The notes: generated by a model not told the origin, from the letters alone. A stretch of 64,000 bases of DNA from an uncultured Desulfobacter sp. (GCA_963665095.1 OY762069.1:5088001-5152000); one strand, 5' to 3'; shown: positions 35,447 to 46,155, counted from the first letter of the stretch. Numbers and translations: made by a program.

Positions 35447-36565
35447 CTATTCCGGGCGGTTGCCCTTTTTGAAAAGAGATATCATTTTTCTTAAAGGGCC
35501 TGTTATTTTCCAGCTTGTTGAATTATGCAAGGCCCTGATTTGAGCTGTTAAGGCGGCGATTTCTTTCCCCATTGCAGCTGTTTCAGCAGCTAAAGAGGCA
35601 ATTCGTGCCTGGGAAGCATTCATGTCATCCTGTTTCATCCTCAATATCTGCTGGGTTGCCAGGAGAATTTCATCCTGAGAAAAGTGATACAGGACCTTCA
35701 GAAAATACAATTTTAACTCGTCATCTAAATCAAACCATTCAAGCCATGCAAAAAGGTTTTTAAACATCAATCTTTTATGGCTGTCCTGGATTGAAAAATT
35801 ATCATAAATATACAGAACGATAGATAAAACTTCTTTAAATAAAACCGGATTTTTATGATTGCTCTGTATGACACTTTTTTCGTGTCGTACATAATTGTTT
35901 AATTTTTCAGGGGTATAAGCAATCTTATTATCCTGAAATGACTGCAGAGCCAGAATATAAAACAACCAGTCTCCTGCCTTGCGGTAATCATACAGCACTT
36001 GAAGTTTATCGCGGTTTAATCTCTTTTTGTTTACAATAACAGCGCTGGCATTGGGGATGGTATTGATCACACAAAGGTAATTTTGTATCTCTTCCTGCCC
36101 TGAACATATAAATTGGGAATCCCACCTTTCAGTGTTTTTAAAAAACGCTTTTTTTTCTTCTTTTTCTTCCCGGATAATTTGCCCTTCGGGATTAACAAGC
36201 TCTGACTTGCAATAGGCTAAAACGACCTTTTCATCATCAAAAAGAACATTCATCTTTTCGATGAAGTCAAGCTCGGCATAATCATCGGTTTCAGCAATCC
36301 ATACCAGATCATTGGCAGCAAGCTCGATACCTTTCAGCCACTGGTTGAAAACACCTTTATTCTCGGTGTTTGTAATTATCCTGTGGGGTATGGCTGAATT
36401 CTTTAAAAGGCGTTTTGCCACAACAACGCTGTTATCCTGGGAACAATCATCCAGAAAAATTATTTCCGATGGTTTACAGGTTTGATTCAGGATACTTGCC
36501 ACTCTTTTGGGAAGAAACTCTTCATAGTTATAGTTTGGAAGAATAACAGATATTTTGTGCGCCAC
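35447..36565 (-). CDS. GT2 glycosyltransferase with C-terminal coiled coil and SWKITGPLR helix
   Basis: ISVILPNYNY, LDDCSQD, WIAETDD, IPNASAV, GDW. Confidence 0.85.
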   Translation of the reverse strand: MAHKISVILPNYNYEEFLPKRVASILNQTCKPSEIIFLDDCSQDNSVVVAKRLLKNSAIPHRIITNTENKGVFNQWLKGIELAANDLVWIAETDDYAELDFIEKMNVLFDDEKVVLAYCKSELVNPEGQIIREEKEEKKAFFKNTERWDSQFICSGQEEIQNYLCVINTIPNASAVIVNKKRLNRDKLQVLYDYRKAGDWLFYILALQSFQDNKIAYTPEKLNNYVRHEKSVIQSNHKNPVLFKEVLSIVLYIYDNFSIQDSHKRLMFKNLFAWLEWFDLDDELKLYFLKVLYHFSQDEILLATQQILRMKQDDMNASQARIASLAAETAAMGKEIAALTAQIRALHNSTSWKITGPLRKMISLFKKGNRPE

Positions 36566-36596
36566 TTACCATACCTCCGTGTCAAAACCGACTTTT

Positions 36597-38069
36597 TTAA
36601 GGTTTCAGCTTGGCCCAGGGCTGTCCTTTCCCAGGATCATAACCCAACTGTTCAAGAATAGGTGCCGCTTCCGGCGGGGGCGTTCCGGGAGCCGGTCTTT
36701 TTAAAAAACGGAACATGGTTAAGGCGGTCACAAATATCGCGAGCGCTGGACCAATAAAAGAGGTGGCCAGTACCTGCCAGGGCCTGCATGGTGCAGAGTA
36801 CAGCTTGTTGTTGTGGAAAATAGATGCAACCTTTCCGGCATGGCTTGTAACCCTGCGGGGAAACATGAACGCATCGGTTATTACAAGATCATAGCGGCGT
36901 TTCCGCAATTTAAGGAATGTTCGGGCAAAGTTTAGAATTCCGTGACGGCGGGGAATTATATTTGAGAAAATATTTTTTTGCTCAAAGAATGCCACCCTGT
37001 TCCAGTCACAGAGGATATCAATTTGCAGGGGCTTGTTGGTGAGGGTTCTGGCGGCTTGAACCATCTCTTCAGCCCAATCTTCAATGGTGATATCTATAAG
37101 AACCGAAGATATGCGGTTCATGTCAAACCAGGCAGATCCAAGAATCTGACGGTTTTCTCCAAATGATATTGGGCTTTTCCATTGTCCGTATTGCTTTAAA
37201 AATGAGTGGGTGGCGGCGGCTTTCAGGGTAAGGAAAATTTCATGATCGCCTGATATCAGACTTAGGACCATATCCCTGATTATTCTGAAAAGTGCAAAAA
37301 AAAGAGACCGGCTGCTGTTTGTCCCTTTTCTTAATTTCGAGATCATGTACAATCCATTTCTCTGGAAATAGTAGAGTCTTACCGGAGAGAACGGCTTGGC
37401 CCAGGGAAAATCGTGCTCTGCCCTGGCTGCGGTCACACAGGCGGCCTTTTGATTATTTTGTGTCAGCCTGAGGCACCAGTCCACATCATCGCTGAAAATG
37501 AAGTAGTTCCAGTCCATAACCCCAACTTGCCGGATGGCATCTGCTCTGACCATAAGGCAGCAGGCACTGGCATAGTCGATATCTAATATGTCCAGAAGGT
37601 TCGGTGTCACTGCAAATCTGTTCCAGGCCTCTACGGTCAGTCTCTTTGCAAAATGGACGCCCCCGCCGGTTTCCTGAAGTGTCGAAGGCCTTGAGGATAT
37701 GTATATTGAAGGCGCCGCAAGTACATATTCCCTGTGCTGATCCAGAAAATCTGCCAGCATTTCTATGCACTTGCCTTTGGGCATGGCATCATCGTCAAGA
37801 AGAATAATATACTCACTGTTGTAAGCAAGGGCTGAAAGCACGGCGCAGTTAAAGCCTCCGGTCCCGCCTAAGTTATGCCTGCTTTCAAGGATGACTGTGT
37901 TGGAAAATTGCCCTTTTATGGCCTCCAGCGTTCCGTCTGAAGACGCATTTTCAGTGATGGAAACAGGGATGTCCAGCGCCTCAAGGTTTGCTAAGAGCCT
38001 TAATACAGACGCTTTATGATTAAAGGAGACAATTGCTGCAGCAACCCTGGAATTTTTCAATCTGCTCAT
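36597..38069 (-). CDS. GT2 glycosyltransferase (galactofuranosyltransferase-like)
   Basis: ENASSDGT, NLGGTGGF, LLDDDA, YFIFSDDVDW, YYFQRN; start at ATG 38069 after AAGGA. Confidence 0.8.
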   Translation of the reverse strand: MSRLKNSRVAAAIVSFNHKASVLRLLANLEALDIPVSITENASSDGTLEAIKGQFSNTVILESRHNLGGTGGFNCAVLSALAYNSEYIILLDDDAMPKGKCIEMLADFLDQHREYVLAAPSIYISSRPSTLQETGGGVHFAKRLTVEAWNRFAVTPNLLDILDIDYASACCLMVRADAIRQVGVMDWNYFIFSDDVDWCLRLTQNNQKAACVTAARAEHDFPWAKPFSPVRLYYFQRNGLYMISKLRKGTNSSRSLFFALFRIIRDMVLSLISGDHEIFLTLKAAATHSFLKQYGQWKSPISFGENRQILGSAWFDMNRISSVLIDITIEDWAEEMVQAARTLTNKPLQIDILCDWNRVAFFEQKNIFSNIIPRRHGILNFARTFLKLRKRRYDLVITDAFMFPRRVTSHAGKVASIFHNNKLYSAPCRPWQVLATSFIGPALAIFVTALTMFRFLKRPAPGTPPPEAAPILEQLGYDPGKGQPWAKLKP

Positions 38070-38140
38070 ATGCCATCCTTTGTTTGGGGGATAATGATGG
38101 AGCAGGTTCATATCATAAACAGGGCTGCGGTGCAAACGGT

Positions 38141-38173
38141 AAAGCCTGAAAGCAGATCTGGCTGCTTTCAGGC
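38141..38173 (-). terminator. Probable intrinsic terminator / hairpin after the 1160-aa gene
   Basis: Perfect 12-bp stem GCCTGAAAGCAG-N6-CTGCTTTCAGGC followed by a short T run on the minus strand. Confidence 0.6.
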
Positions 38174-38209
38174 AATCTGAAGCCACGGCTCTGTCAAACC
38201 AGCCACTGT

Positions 38210-41200
38210 TTAATCGGTTACATTGATGGACCCTCCGATAAGCGGGGCCGCTCCCGAAGGAAAACTTGCGGAGTTTGAGGCCCTGGCGACAATAATATAG
38301 CTGCCGGCTTCGTCAAATGTATAAGAACAGGTTGGAGAAAGGGAGAAATCCTGAATAACAGTGTAGTTGTTATACGGATCATATTCATCTGTACCATAAC
38401 CGGGGATAAGATCAAACCGGTAGTAGGTGCTGTCGGAACAGTTATTAATTGCCTGGACTGTCATGATGACCAGATCACCGGTTTTAACATCCCTGCCTGA
38501 ACTGAAATCCAGACCGGTTATCTGCAGACAGGTTTCTTGTGAGTTACTGTCTGACACTACGCTGACAGAGCCTCCCATAATCTGCTGATAACCACTTGAG
38601 AATCCCTGGTTGGAGGAGGCCATAACAACAACGATATAATTCCCTGGTTCTGTAAATGTATAGGATGCGGAATCGGAAGAAGAAAAGTTTTGAATGGTGG
38701 TGTAATTGTTATCCGGGTCATATTCTGCCGTACCATAATTCGGGACAATGGCAAACCGGTAATACATCTGGGCATCATCCTGATTCACCGCATTCATTGA
38801 GAAGGTCTGAACCGATCCCTGTTCAATGATTGAAGACGTGTCAATCCGGATATTGTCCACTTGATTTTCGTCATAAGGGTAATATCGAACAGCCAGGTCC
38901 TGAGTAAAGTCGGGAATGTAGACTGAAACGCGACTGTCTGACGGGGTCCCTGTACGAACGGCAACCGGAGTAGTCTGATCCGGGTCGGTCTGCCAGAATT
39001 CGAATTTCATAGGCGTGTCAGATTTTATGTTATCAATGGTTAACAGGGCGCCGGATATGGTTTGCACCGTTGTTTCGTTCCGGTTTTTGTTTAAATAGAC
39101 AAGGCCCTTCTCACCATCTGAGCAGCCTACGGACTGGACCGAAGCATGACTCACTGTAATATCGGAGCCGGAAAAGCGGGAATTAAAATTTTTAAAATCA
39201 AATATTGGAGAGGTACTGCCGTTTTCCACAAATGCGGAAAGCGTTTTCTGGGTTCCATGCATATTATCAGAGAGATGAAGACCATAATCATAAGCCCTGA
39301 CGCCCCCCTGCATCCTGATGCCCGGGCCGGCGGCGCCGCCGGCAAGCTCTGTAAACCACAACCGTGTTGTGATCATTTCATCATCCGACTCTTCGAATGA
39401 GGAGAAATATGACGGGTTGGACGTATCCGGCATCCAGCCGTCTGATGGCCCCCACTCTCCGTTTAATATGGGTTTATTATGCAGCTGATTGGTGCTGAAC
39501 CATGAAATCGCTCTGGATTGTTCTTCCACTACAGCCGTGTCCATATAATCAGCCGGATTATTCCAGGGCTCTCTGTTTCCGGGAAAATAAAGATGGGGCA
39601 AAGAGGCATCAAACATATTGCTGTAATATGCGAAGTTGCCCAGTGCGCCGCGGGGGTCAAGGGCTGTGGTTGATGAAAAAATCAGGTGGGTGCCGTCAAG
39701 GGATCTGATGTAATCTGCCAGTTCTGTTACAAAGGCAACCCGGACTGATGCATCTGTATTTGCATCTGAATCGGCAATGGTCCATTCCCAGGAATCCCAC
39801 TCGTTGAGGATTTCATATCCGATTACCGAACCCGGGTATCCGCTTTGGTTTACCTGGGTAATCACCCATTGCCAGCGGGCTTTGCACATGGACAGTGCCT
39901 CGTCACTGTGAAAGAATTCATTGATATCACTTAAAGGGCCGCCGTTTGAAGCGGACCAGGCTGTCCTGGAAAAATAGTCATCGTAATAAAAGGTATCGAA
40001 CGGGCTGATAATTAAATATATTTCCCTTTCATAACACAGTTTGAGCAGATCCTTAAGAAAGGTGCCCATGGCAGTGTTATAGGTGCCCATGGGGAATTCA
40101 ATCCAATAGGCCCCGTTTGTGCCGTTAAAGTTTGCGTTGTTGCTTACGTTTAAAGAAAAATCTTCAAGAAAAATCCGCATGGTATTGATGCCGTTTTCTT
40201 TAAGCGTGTCCAGGTATGAGGTGACGGTTTCAAGGGCGTTGGCTTCTGAGGAAAAGTCGTAAAGCGTACTGCCCGTCCATACATACCCCTGGTACAGGTA
40301 ACGGGTGGCCGCATCCTGCATGAGTAAGTGATGGCCTACCGGAATAAAGTTGGCACCGTCTTCCCTCATGAAATACCGTCCTCCGGGAGCCGGAAAAACA
40401 TTTCCTTTGTAGGTCTGCCGGTCCAGATTTGAATTAAAAGCCCATACAGCTGGAGTTGTAACGGGCCCCAGGGTTGATACAGTGCCGCAGTTGCCTTCTT
40501 CGTCATAGGCCCGGACAGCAAAGTAATAGGCCGTATTGGGTTCAAGGCCCATTACCCTTGCAGAGGCTGTTCCCCCTGACCAGGGGACCGGCAGATTTAA
40601 AGGCCAGTCACTGCATTGGGAAAAATTGCTTTCATTGATGGACGAAGTGGCATATTTTACCTCAAATCCATGACAATCTCCGCCCTCTCCCTCATCTTCT
40701 TCAGCAGACGTCCACTGCAGCTTCACTGAATAAGGACGAACCTCCGACACGGAAATAGAGCCGACAGAACCAGGGGCAGTTATGTCCGAAGCCGGATGAA
40801 ACTGGAGGGGGATATATGCGTCAGGCCCCTGCAGACCTGACTGGGACGCGTTGTCTGCGCTGCATATTAATTCCACATATTCGTCCGGGCGGATCGGCGT
40901 GGTAAACCTGGCACTGGCAGGCGTGATGGACCTGTTGTCGGACCAGTCCCTGGTTCCGCCTGTATCATCCGAAATAACAATGGCATTTATCTTCATCCAG
41001 TCTCCCTGGCCGGGGGGATTCCTTAGGATAGCACTCCACGGGATTTCAACTTCAATGCTGTAACCGGTATCTGTATCTGAGTCATCATTGACCGTACCGT
41101 AATGGCTGACCATATAATTTACACCGGAGGGAAGTTCTCCCGGCCCTGCAAGGCCGGCGCAGCCACCACTGCCGTTTCCCTGGTTGAAACTTCGTCTTGA

Positions 41201-41692
41201 AACAATTCCGGTTCCGTCCTGGGGGTCGGTGAGATTGCCGATGTTCACTGCAAGATACCGGTCAGAGTCTGTCAGGTATTCCCCGCCTGAGTTGTCCGGA
41301 TCAAAGTACCACTCAATGGCGTCGTCATCATAATGTTCCCAGTATTCTCCAGAGCCATCGCCGCCTCCGTCCGCCTGAAGGTTCTGATCCTCGACATATG
41401 CGCCAAGATAGAGATATGAATCGTCATAAGCAAAGTAAAGCCGGATCCCCAGTTTATTGTGAAATCCGCGGCTTAAACGGATCATGTTCTCCTCAGGCCA
41501 TTCGCCGGAAGAGATTTCACCATCAATAACCGGGGTTTTTTCCATGCAGAGAATTTTTAAAGGGACCTCGCCGGCATAGGATGAGCCAATCGTTATTAAC
41601 ACGACGAAGGTTGGAATCAGGATTGATGCGAAAAAATTGCGGGGTTTCCCGTATGTTGGGATCATGGTTCCCTCCTGGTGCTGGTTAAACAT
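38210..41692 (-). CDS. Secreted modular glycoside hydrolase-like protein (CBM9/DOMON-like, FN3, GH5-like TIM barrel, two C-terminal Ig-like repeats)
   Basis: PVIDG...EW..YDDSYLY..EIPW; GLEPNTAYYFAVRAYD; NGINTMRI, YEILNEW, PILNGEWG; duplicated YYRF..YGT.EY..YTF...G.YI repeats. Confidence 0.7.
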   Translation of the reverse strand: MFNQHQEGTMIPTYGKPRNFFASILIPTFVVLITIGSSYAGEVPLKILCMEKTPVIDGEISSGEWPEENMIRLSRGFHNKLGIRLYFAYDDSYLYLGAYVEDQNLQADGGGDGSGEYWEHYDDDAIEWYFDPDNSGGEYLTDSDRYLAVNIGNLTDPQDGTGIVSRRSFNQGNGSGGCAGLAGPGELPSGVNYMVSHYGTVNDDSDTDTGYSIEVEIPWSAILRNPPGQGDWMKINAIVISDDTGGTRDWSDNRSITPASARFTTPIRPDEYVELICSADNASQSGLQGPDAYIPLQFHPASDITAPGSVGSISVSEVRPYSVKLQWTSAEEDEGEGGDCHGFEVKYATSSINESNFSQCSDWPLNLPVPWSGGTASARVMGLEPNTAYYFAVRAYDEEGNCGTVSTLGPVTTPAVWAFNSNLDRQTYKGNVFPAPGGRYFMREDGANFIPVGHHLLMQDAATRYLYQGYVWTGSTLYDFSSEANALETVTSYLDTLKENGINTMRIFLEDFSLNVSNNANFNGTNGAYWIEFPMGTYNTAMGTFLKDLLKLCYEREIYLIISPFDTFYYDDYFSRTAWSASNGGPLSDINEFFHSDEALSMCKARWQWVITQVNQSGYPGSVIGYEILNEWDSWEWTIADSDANTDASVRVAFVTELADYIRSLDGTHLIFSSTTALDPRGALGNFAYYSNMFDASLPHLYFPGNREPWNNPADYMDTAVVEEQSRAISWFSTNQLHNKPILNGEWGPSDGWMPDTSNPSYFSSFEESDDEMITTRLWFTELAGGAAGPGIRMQGGVRAYDYGLHLSDNMHGTQKTLSAFVENGSTSPIFDFKNFNSRFSGSDITVSHASVQSVGCSDGEKGLVYLNKNRNETTVQTISGALLTIDNIKSDTPMKFEFWQTDPDQTTPVAVRTGTPSDSRVSVYIPDFTQDLAVRYYPYDENQVDNIRIDTSSIIEQGSVQTFSMNAVNQDDAQMYYRFAIVPNYGTAEYDPDNNYTTIQNFSSSDSASYTFTEPGNYIVVVMASSNQGFSSGYQQIMGGSVSVVSDSNSQETCLQITGLDFSSGRDVKTGDLVIMTVQAINNCSDSTYYRFDLIPGYGTDEYDPYNNYTVIQDFSLSPTCSYTFDEAGSYIIVARASNSASFPSGAAPLIGGSINVTD

Positions 41693-41694
41693 TA

Positions 41695-42840
41695 TTACCG
41701 GAACGATTTATAAAGTTTTAAAAAATGAGAAATTACAACTCTATCTGTATACCGGTTGAGTATTTCGCTGTAAAGATTCTCCGGCATTTTTTTATATATG
41801 TCCGGGTGTTTGATGATATTGCAAAGGGCCATGCAGATGGCCTCTGCATCACTGGGTTTGACAAGGATTCCAGTGACATTGTTCCGGATCAGCTGGCTAC
41901 ATCCGGGAACGTTTGTTGTAATAACCAGCCGGCCGACAGCACCTGCTTCAATAAGAATTCTGGGTACGCCTTCTCCATACCGGGTCGGCAGTGCAACAAC
42001 ATCCACCTGCTGAATCAGAGACGGCATGTCATCTACCTGCCCGAGCCATTGAATTTTTTTTGTCACGGCAAGTGACTTGATTTCTGCTTTAGAGTAAGCG
42101 CCTTTGGCCTCAGGGTCAAAAATACCGGCAACCAGCAGATCGCAGGGGAAGCCTTTTGCTTTTGTTTTTTCTACGGCCTGGATCAGGGTATCCAGCCCCT
42201 TGTTTTTCAGCAGACGGGCTGCAAATAATACGCTGAGCCTGTTTGAAGGGGGCTTGGGAGTATATTGGAACCGGCTGGTATCAATGCCGGCTCCGGGAAT
42301 ATGGATCAGTCGTTGCTTTTTTTTCAGGCCGCTTTTTTTAAACTCGGCTTGATCGCCAGTGTTTTCAAAGACAAAGGCACCCTGGTTTCCTTTAGCTGCC
42401 AGTTTATACAAAGAAATAATGAGTTTTCGGATAAGTTTGAAATAAATCTCCTGGCTCGAAAAAACAGCGCCAAGGCCGGTGATGCTTTTAATGGAGGCAA
42501 TACCAAGTTGATTTGCTGCAATGCCTGCGTAAATATTGGGCTTGACGGTAATGCTGTGTACAATGCCCGGTCGTAATCGTTGAAGCGTTTTGTAAATTTG
42601 AAATGCACTTTTAATTTCCTGTACCGGATTGACCCCGCTGCGGGACAGTTGGATATGAATACAGTCAAAGCCCAGGCTCTCCAACTCAGCCTTTAACCCC
42701 GGTGTCACAAAGGCTGCAATTATATATACCCTGTAACCTGCCACCAGTGATGCCATAGCCCTGTTCAGCCAATGGAGCTTGAAATACCAGTCTACATTGA
42801 CAACATACGCCAGTTTGGGATTGTCAGGTTTTTGATCCAT
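41695..42840 (-). CDS. GT4 glycosyltransferase, WbbO/CapM-like
   Basis: LAYVVNVDWYFKLHW, HSITVKPNIY, ITGLG, GAGID, ARLLKNKG, YGEGVPRILIEA. Confidence 0.85.
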   Translation of the reverse strand: MDQKPDNPKLAYVVNVDWYFKLHWLNRAMASLVAGYRVYIIAAFVTPGLKAELESLGFDCIHIQLSRSGVNPVQEIKSAFQIYKTLQRLRPGIVHSITVKPNIYAGIAANQLGIASIKSITGLGAVFSSQEIYFKLIRKLIISLYKLAAKGNQGAFVFENTGDQAEFKKSGLKKKQRLIHIPGAGIDTSRFQYTPKPPSNRLSVLFAARLLKNKGLDTLIQAVEKTKAKGFPCDLLVAGIFDPEAKGAYSKAEIKSLAVTKKIQWLGQVDDMPSLIQQVDVVALPTRYGEGVPRILIEAGAVGRLVITTNVPGCSQLIRNNVTGILVKPSDAEAICMALCNIIKHPDIYKKMPENLYSEILNRYTDRVVISHFLKLYKSFR

Positions 42841-43777
42841 CTTTTGATCCGTAGCGAAGAATTTTTTTTATGGGGTCGGTTTGTCCAAATCTGTTGAAAT
42901 TACCGGTTATCCCGTCCCGAATACCAGTTATAAATAATTTTAACCCGGCTGAGTCAGGCGAATTTTTCAGGATAAAACCGGCCAGGCGAACAAGCTTGAA
43001 AAACGCCAGCCCCAGAAAAGCTGGTCCTGTGCATAGAGGGCTAAGACAAAAAATATTCCGTGCAAGGAAATAGATTTTCCAGGCAGGCATCCGGTTATTC
43101 GGTTCTACATTGTGAAAGAATTTTAACTCCGGTATAAAAACAAGGCGATATCCTGACTTGTGAAGCCAAAGCGTATAAAAAATATCATCGTAGTAGATGA
43201 ACAGGTTCGCGTTGATGGCGTCCCTGGTCTGCTGCAGGACATCAAACCTGATAAAAAAACCTACAAATGAGGCTGCTTCCACAGGAGTGATCGCATTGCC
43301 TATGTCTTTTGGAGTGATGAGCATTTTATTTCGCCCTGAAAGGTATCTGAAAAGGCGACCCGGGGTTGATGGATAACGCTTTATTGGCGTATTCATCAAT
43401 GGAAGAGGATCTCCCGGGGCACGTACATGGCAGGCAACGGCATGGTAATTTTTCAGGTTGAATCGCCTGAACTTTTCAATAAGGTCTTCATCAGGCAATG
43501 CGTCATCATCAAAAAAAACAACCCAGTCAGTTTTTATATGACGGGTAATCCAATGGGTGCCAAAGGAAAACCCCCCCGCACCTCCGATATTTTTAATGTG
43601 AACGGCAGTCAGCCGGGAATCTTTCAGCCCATTCAGGTATTCTGTCGTTCCATCCGTGGAGCCGCAGTTTACCACCACAATACCATGGAAATCCTGGGCA
43701 AACGTTCGGGAGATGGTCGTTTTCAGTTTGTCAAGGCGGTTGTGGGTGACAATCAAGGCCGTTATGTTTTGTCCCAA
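42824..43777 (-). CDS. GT2 galactofuranosyltransferase, WbbN/GlfT1-like
   Basis: ALIVTHNRLDKL, GSTDGT, NIGGAGGF, DWVVFFDDDA, SFVGFF, FIYYDD. Confidence 0.8.
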   Translation of the reverse strand: MGQNITALIVTHNRLDKLKTTISRTFAQDFHGIVVVNCGSTDGTTEYLNGLKDSRLTAVHIKNIGGAGGFSFGTHWITRHIKTDWVVFFDDDALPDEDLIEKFRRFNLKNYHAVACHVRAPGDPLPLMNTPIKRYPSTPGRLFRYLSGRNKMLITPKDIGNAITPVEAASFVGFFIRFDVLQQTRDAINANLFIYYDDIFYTLWLHKSGYRLVFIPELKFFHNVEPNNRMPAWKIYFLARNIFCLSPLCTGPAFLGLAFFKLVRLAGFILKNSPDSAGLKLFITGIRDGITGNFNRFGQTDPIKKILRYGSKDGSKT

Positions 43778-44073
43778 GATAAGATAATCCTGTTTTATTC
43801 CTGTTTGTCAGGCCCAGGTGATTTTTTTCAAACACTCAGGTGGTTTACTGAATCTTCATATTTTGAGGGAAACGTCGAAAATATCCGGAAATTTGGCCTG
43901 GAAGTCAAGCAAAAAGAGACAGAAACTCCCAGAAACGAATAGGCGATGTTTTCTGCAAATTTTCTCTCCATGGCACTTTTGAATATTTTTAAGACCGTGT
44001 CTGTTGTCTGATTCTTTTACCTCAGAAGGAGTCCGTTGAATTCCAATAAGAGACACCCAATGATCTTTCTGCG

Positions 44074-46155
44074 TTAATTTTGATCTATGAAACCGATTCC
44101 GGTTAGCAGGAAAGACAGCTCTCTGACATCTGTTGTGCCTTTGTCAAAAAACGAAGGTACGTAAGCCTTATCTGATGTAATTAAAAAAGATGTCCGATGG
44201 CCAAACGCCAAGGTGTCGGGCAGGTCAAAAATTAATTTCTGATAGCCTCTTACAATATTTTTTTTGCTTAGTTTAATTCCATCAATGGATAGTGTTACGG
44301 CATTATGGTAAGAGCGCCACGCTTCAGGTACATATATCTCAACGGCAAATTGTATTTTTCCTTTTTTCTGTTCCGGAACGGCCATTTCCCCGGATAAATG
44401 CCGGCCGACCCAGCCATCATTGAATAATCCGTCAAAAAGAGAGCGCTTTATCTGATCACCATGATAATACATCGGTGCTTTTTGGGGAGGGGCAATGGAT
44501 TCGTTCATATGGATTACCTGGTCCTTAAATGATTTAGGGCGTCTGTCTGTTGTGTAGATACCGTTTTTCTGGACAGAGAAAAACATCTCAACATCATCAA
44601 TGCAAATATCTTCTCCCATATTTTCGATTTGAAGCGTTCCCTGTCTTACCGCAGGTAAATCACTACAGGAAATCAACTGGGATTTTAAAGAGGACATGGT
44701 AATATGTTCTGTCTTGAGTACCGCGTCGTTTTTGTCTTTTATTGTTATTGAAACCGCTCCGTTTTCAGCAGCACCCTGTTCAGGTTTTGCTGTGAATTGA
44801 ACCGTTACACAGATGCTGTTGTTATCCGGTGGCGGCCCGGCTCCCTTGAGGTGAAAAGACTGATTAATACTGCCGGATCTATGAAGCAGCACCTCGAATT
44901 CATTTTCAGCAGTTTTCTTTTTTACATGTTCGCCCTTTATTACGCACCACCCCTTTAAATCTCTTTCAAATGAGCTGTTGGCCAGTAAATTGGCATTTAA
45001 ATCATCCAGTGCCCATAGTGCATAGCCTATGGTTCCCTTGGAGATGAGCGGGGCAGATTTGTCAATGAATTTGGTGAGTTCATCCGATGCTATTTTGGTG
45101 TTTTTTTCAAAACCAATGGTATTGTCTATGAAATTAAACTGATCAATAAATATCTGATTGTCTGTTTTTGTTTTGATGGTATCGATAAGGTATTTCAATC
45201 GGGCAATTGCCGTATCGGCACTTGCAATATCTCCATTATTGGGCGCCCCCCACGCCGGTGTATAGTAAATTGTGGTGATGTCACCCTCACCGTTCAAATC
45301 AAACGTCTTGTCATGGCAGATATATTTTCTGTCATCATTGGACGGGTCGCAGTCCACCCGGACCTCCATGGACAGGCCAGGGAATAATTGCTTTGTTCTG
45401 GAGAATATAGAAAGGAGATACTCGTCCCAGAATTCATAAAATAATGCAACTGCCTTGGAGTCTCGGGAAGGAATGGGGACTTGAGCATGATCTGTAAATT
45501 CCTGGTTATAATAACGGGATATCTCTTCAATAGAATATTTTTTTAAGAATTCATCAAATTTGAGCCTGCCGGCGATTTTCAATCTCAAACTTAAAGGAAT
45601 TCTCATGAGGTCCAGAAGGAAAAAATCTTCCCAGGTGATAAAGCCAAATAAAAAATTATCATGTTCCTGTGAGATCTTGTAAAGCTTTTCAACGTAGCTG
45701 CCCCATGCATCCCATGTATTGCCGTCTGTGTTTATGGAAATAATTCTTTCCATATGGTCGGGAGTGCTTGGGACCTCTCCAATCTCATGGGCATACCCAA
45801 AACGGAAAATGACGTTTAAGCCGTGTTCCCCGGCCATATGCATTAGGGTTTCAAGATGTTGAAAGTATTCTTCTTTGAAAATAACGGGCGCAATGGAATA
45901 TTGAAATCCGGACCAGGGGATAATGACAACTATGGTATTGATTTTATTGTCCTTCAGGCGGGTGAAATCCCTGGTCAGGTTGTCCGTATCAAAATTGCTC
46001 CAGAAAGATGGTGCCCAGTGGCCGCTTGTATAATGTACTGCAGCAATTTTTTCATGGCTGAATACAGCCCCAAAGCAGTTGATTGGTACCAGAAACAGCA
46101 GGCATAACACGATAAAACAGTGCATGGATTTTTTAATCTGCTTTTCTTTGGCCAT
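44074..46155 (-). CDS. Exported glycoside hydrolase-like (clan A TIM barrel) protein with CBM-like C-terminal domains
   Basis: Signal/anchor; DFTRLKDNKINTIVVIIPWSGFQ, FITWED, FIDQFNF, GYALW; LLANSSFE CBM-like. Start at ATG 46155 after GGAG. Confidence 0.55.
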   Translation of the reverse strand: MAKEKQIKKSMHCFIVLCLLFLVPINCFGAVFSHEKIAAVHYTSGHWAPSFWSNFDTDNLTRDFTRLKDNKINTIVVIIPWSGFQYSIAPVIFKEEYFQHLETLMHMAGEHGLNVIFRFGYAHEIGEVPSTPDHMERIISINTDGNTWDAWGSYVEKLYKISQEHDNFLFGFITWEDFFLLDLMRIPLSLRLKIAGRLKFDEFLKKYSIEEISRYYNQEFTDHAQVPIPSRDSKAVALFYEFWDEYLLSIFSRTKQLFPGLSMEVRVDCDPSNDDRKYICHDKTFDLNGEGDITTIYYTPAWGAPNNGDIASADTAIARLKYLIDTIKTKTDNQIFIDQFNFIDNTIGFEKNTKIASDELTKFIDKSAPLISKGTIGYALWALDDLNANLLANSSFERDLKGWCVIKGEHVKKKTAENEFEVLLHRSGSINQSFHLKGAGPPPDNNSICVTVQFTAKPEQGAAENGAVSITIKDKNDAVLKTEHITMSSLKSQLISCSDLPAVRQGTLQIENMGEDICIDDVEMFFSVQKNGIYTTDRRPKSFKDQVIHMNESIAPPQKAPMYYHGDQIKRSLFDGLFNDGWVGRHLSGEMAVPEQKKGKIQFAVEIYVPEAWRSYHNAVTLSIDGIKLSKKNIVRGYQKLIFDLPDTLAFGHRTSFLITSDKAYVPSFFDKGTTDVRELSFLLTGIGFIDQN

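Noticed and set aside
38070..38186. N-terminal extension of the 529-aa GT2 ORF (similarly for ORF-track starts at 5173, 7540, 33508, 46215, 53718 and 56191)
   Set aside because: This extension runs through a terminator-like hairpin; in the other cases the extensions overlap neighbours or lack an RBS, and downstream ATGs fit RBS and domain starts better
43427..43942. 171-aa plus-strand ORF and other short overlapping ORFs in the track
   Set aside because: Antisense or alternative-frame to well-supported genes; no RBS or motif support
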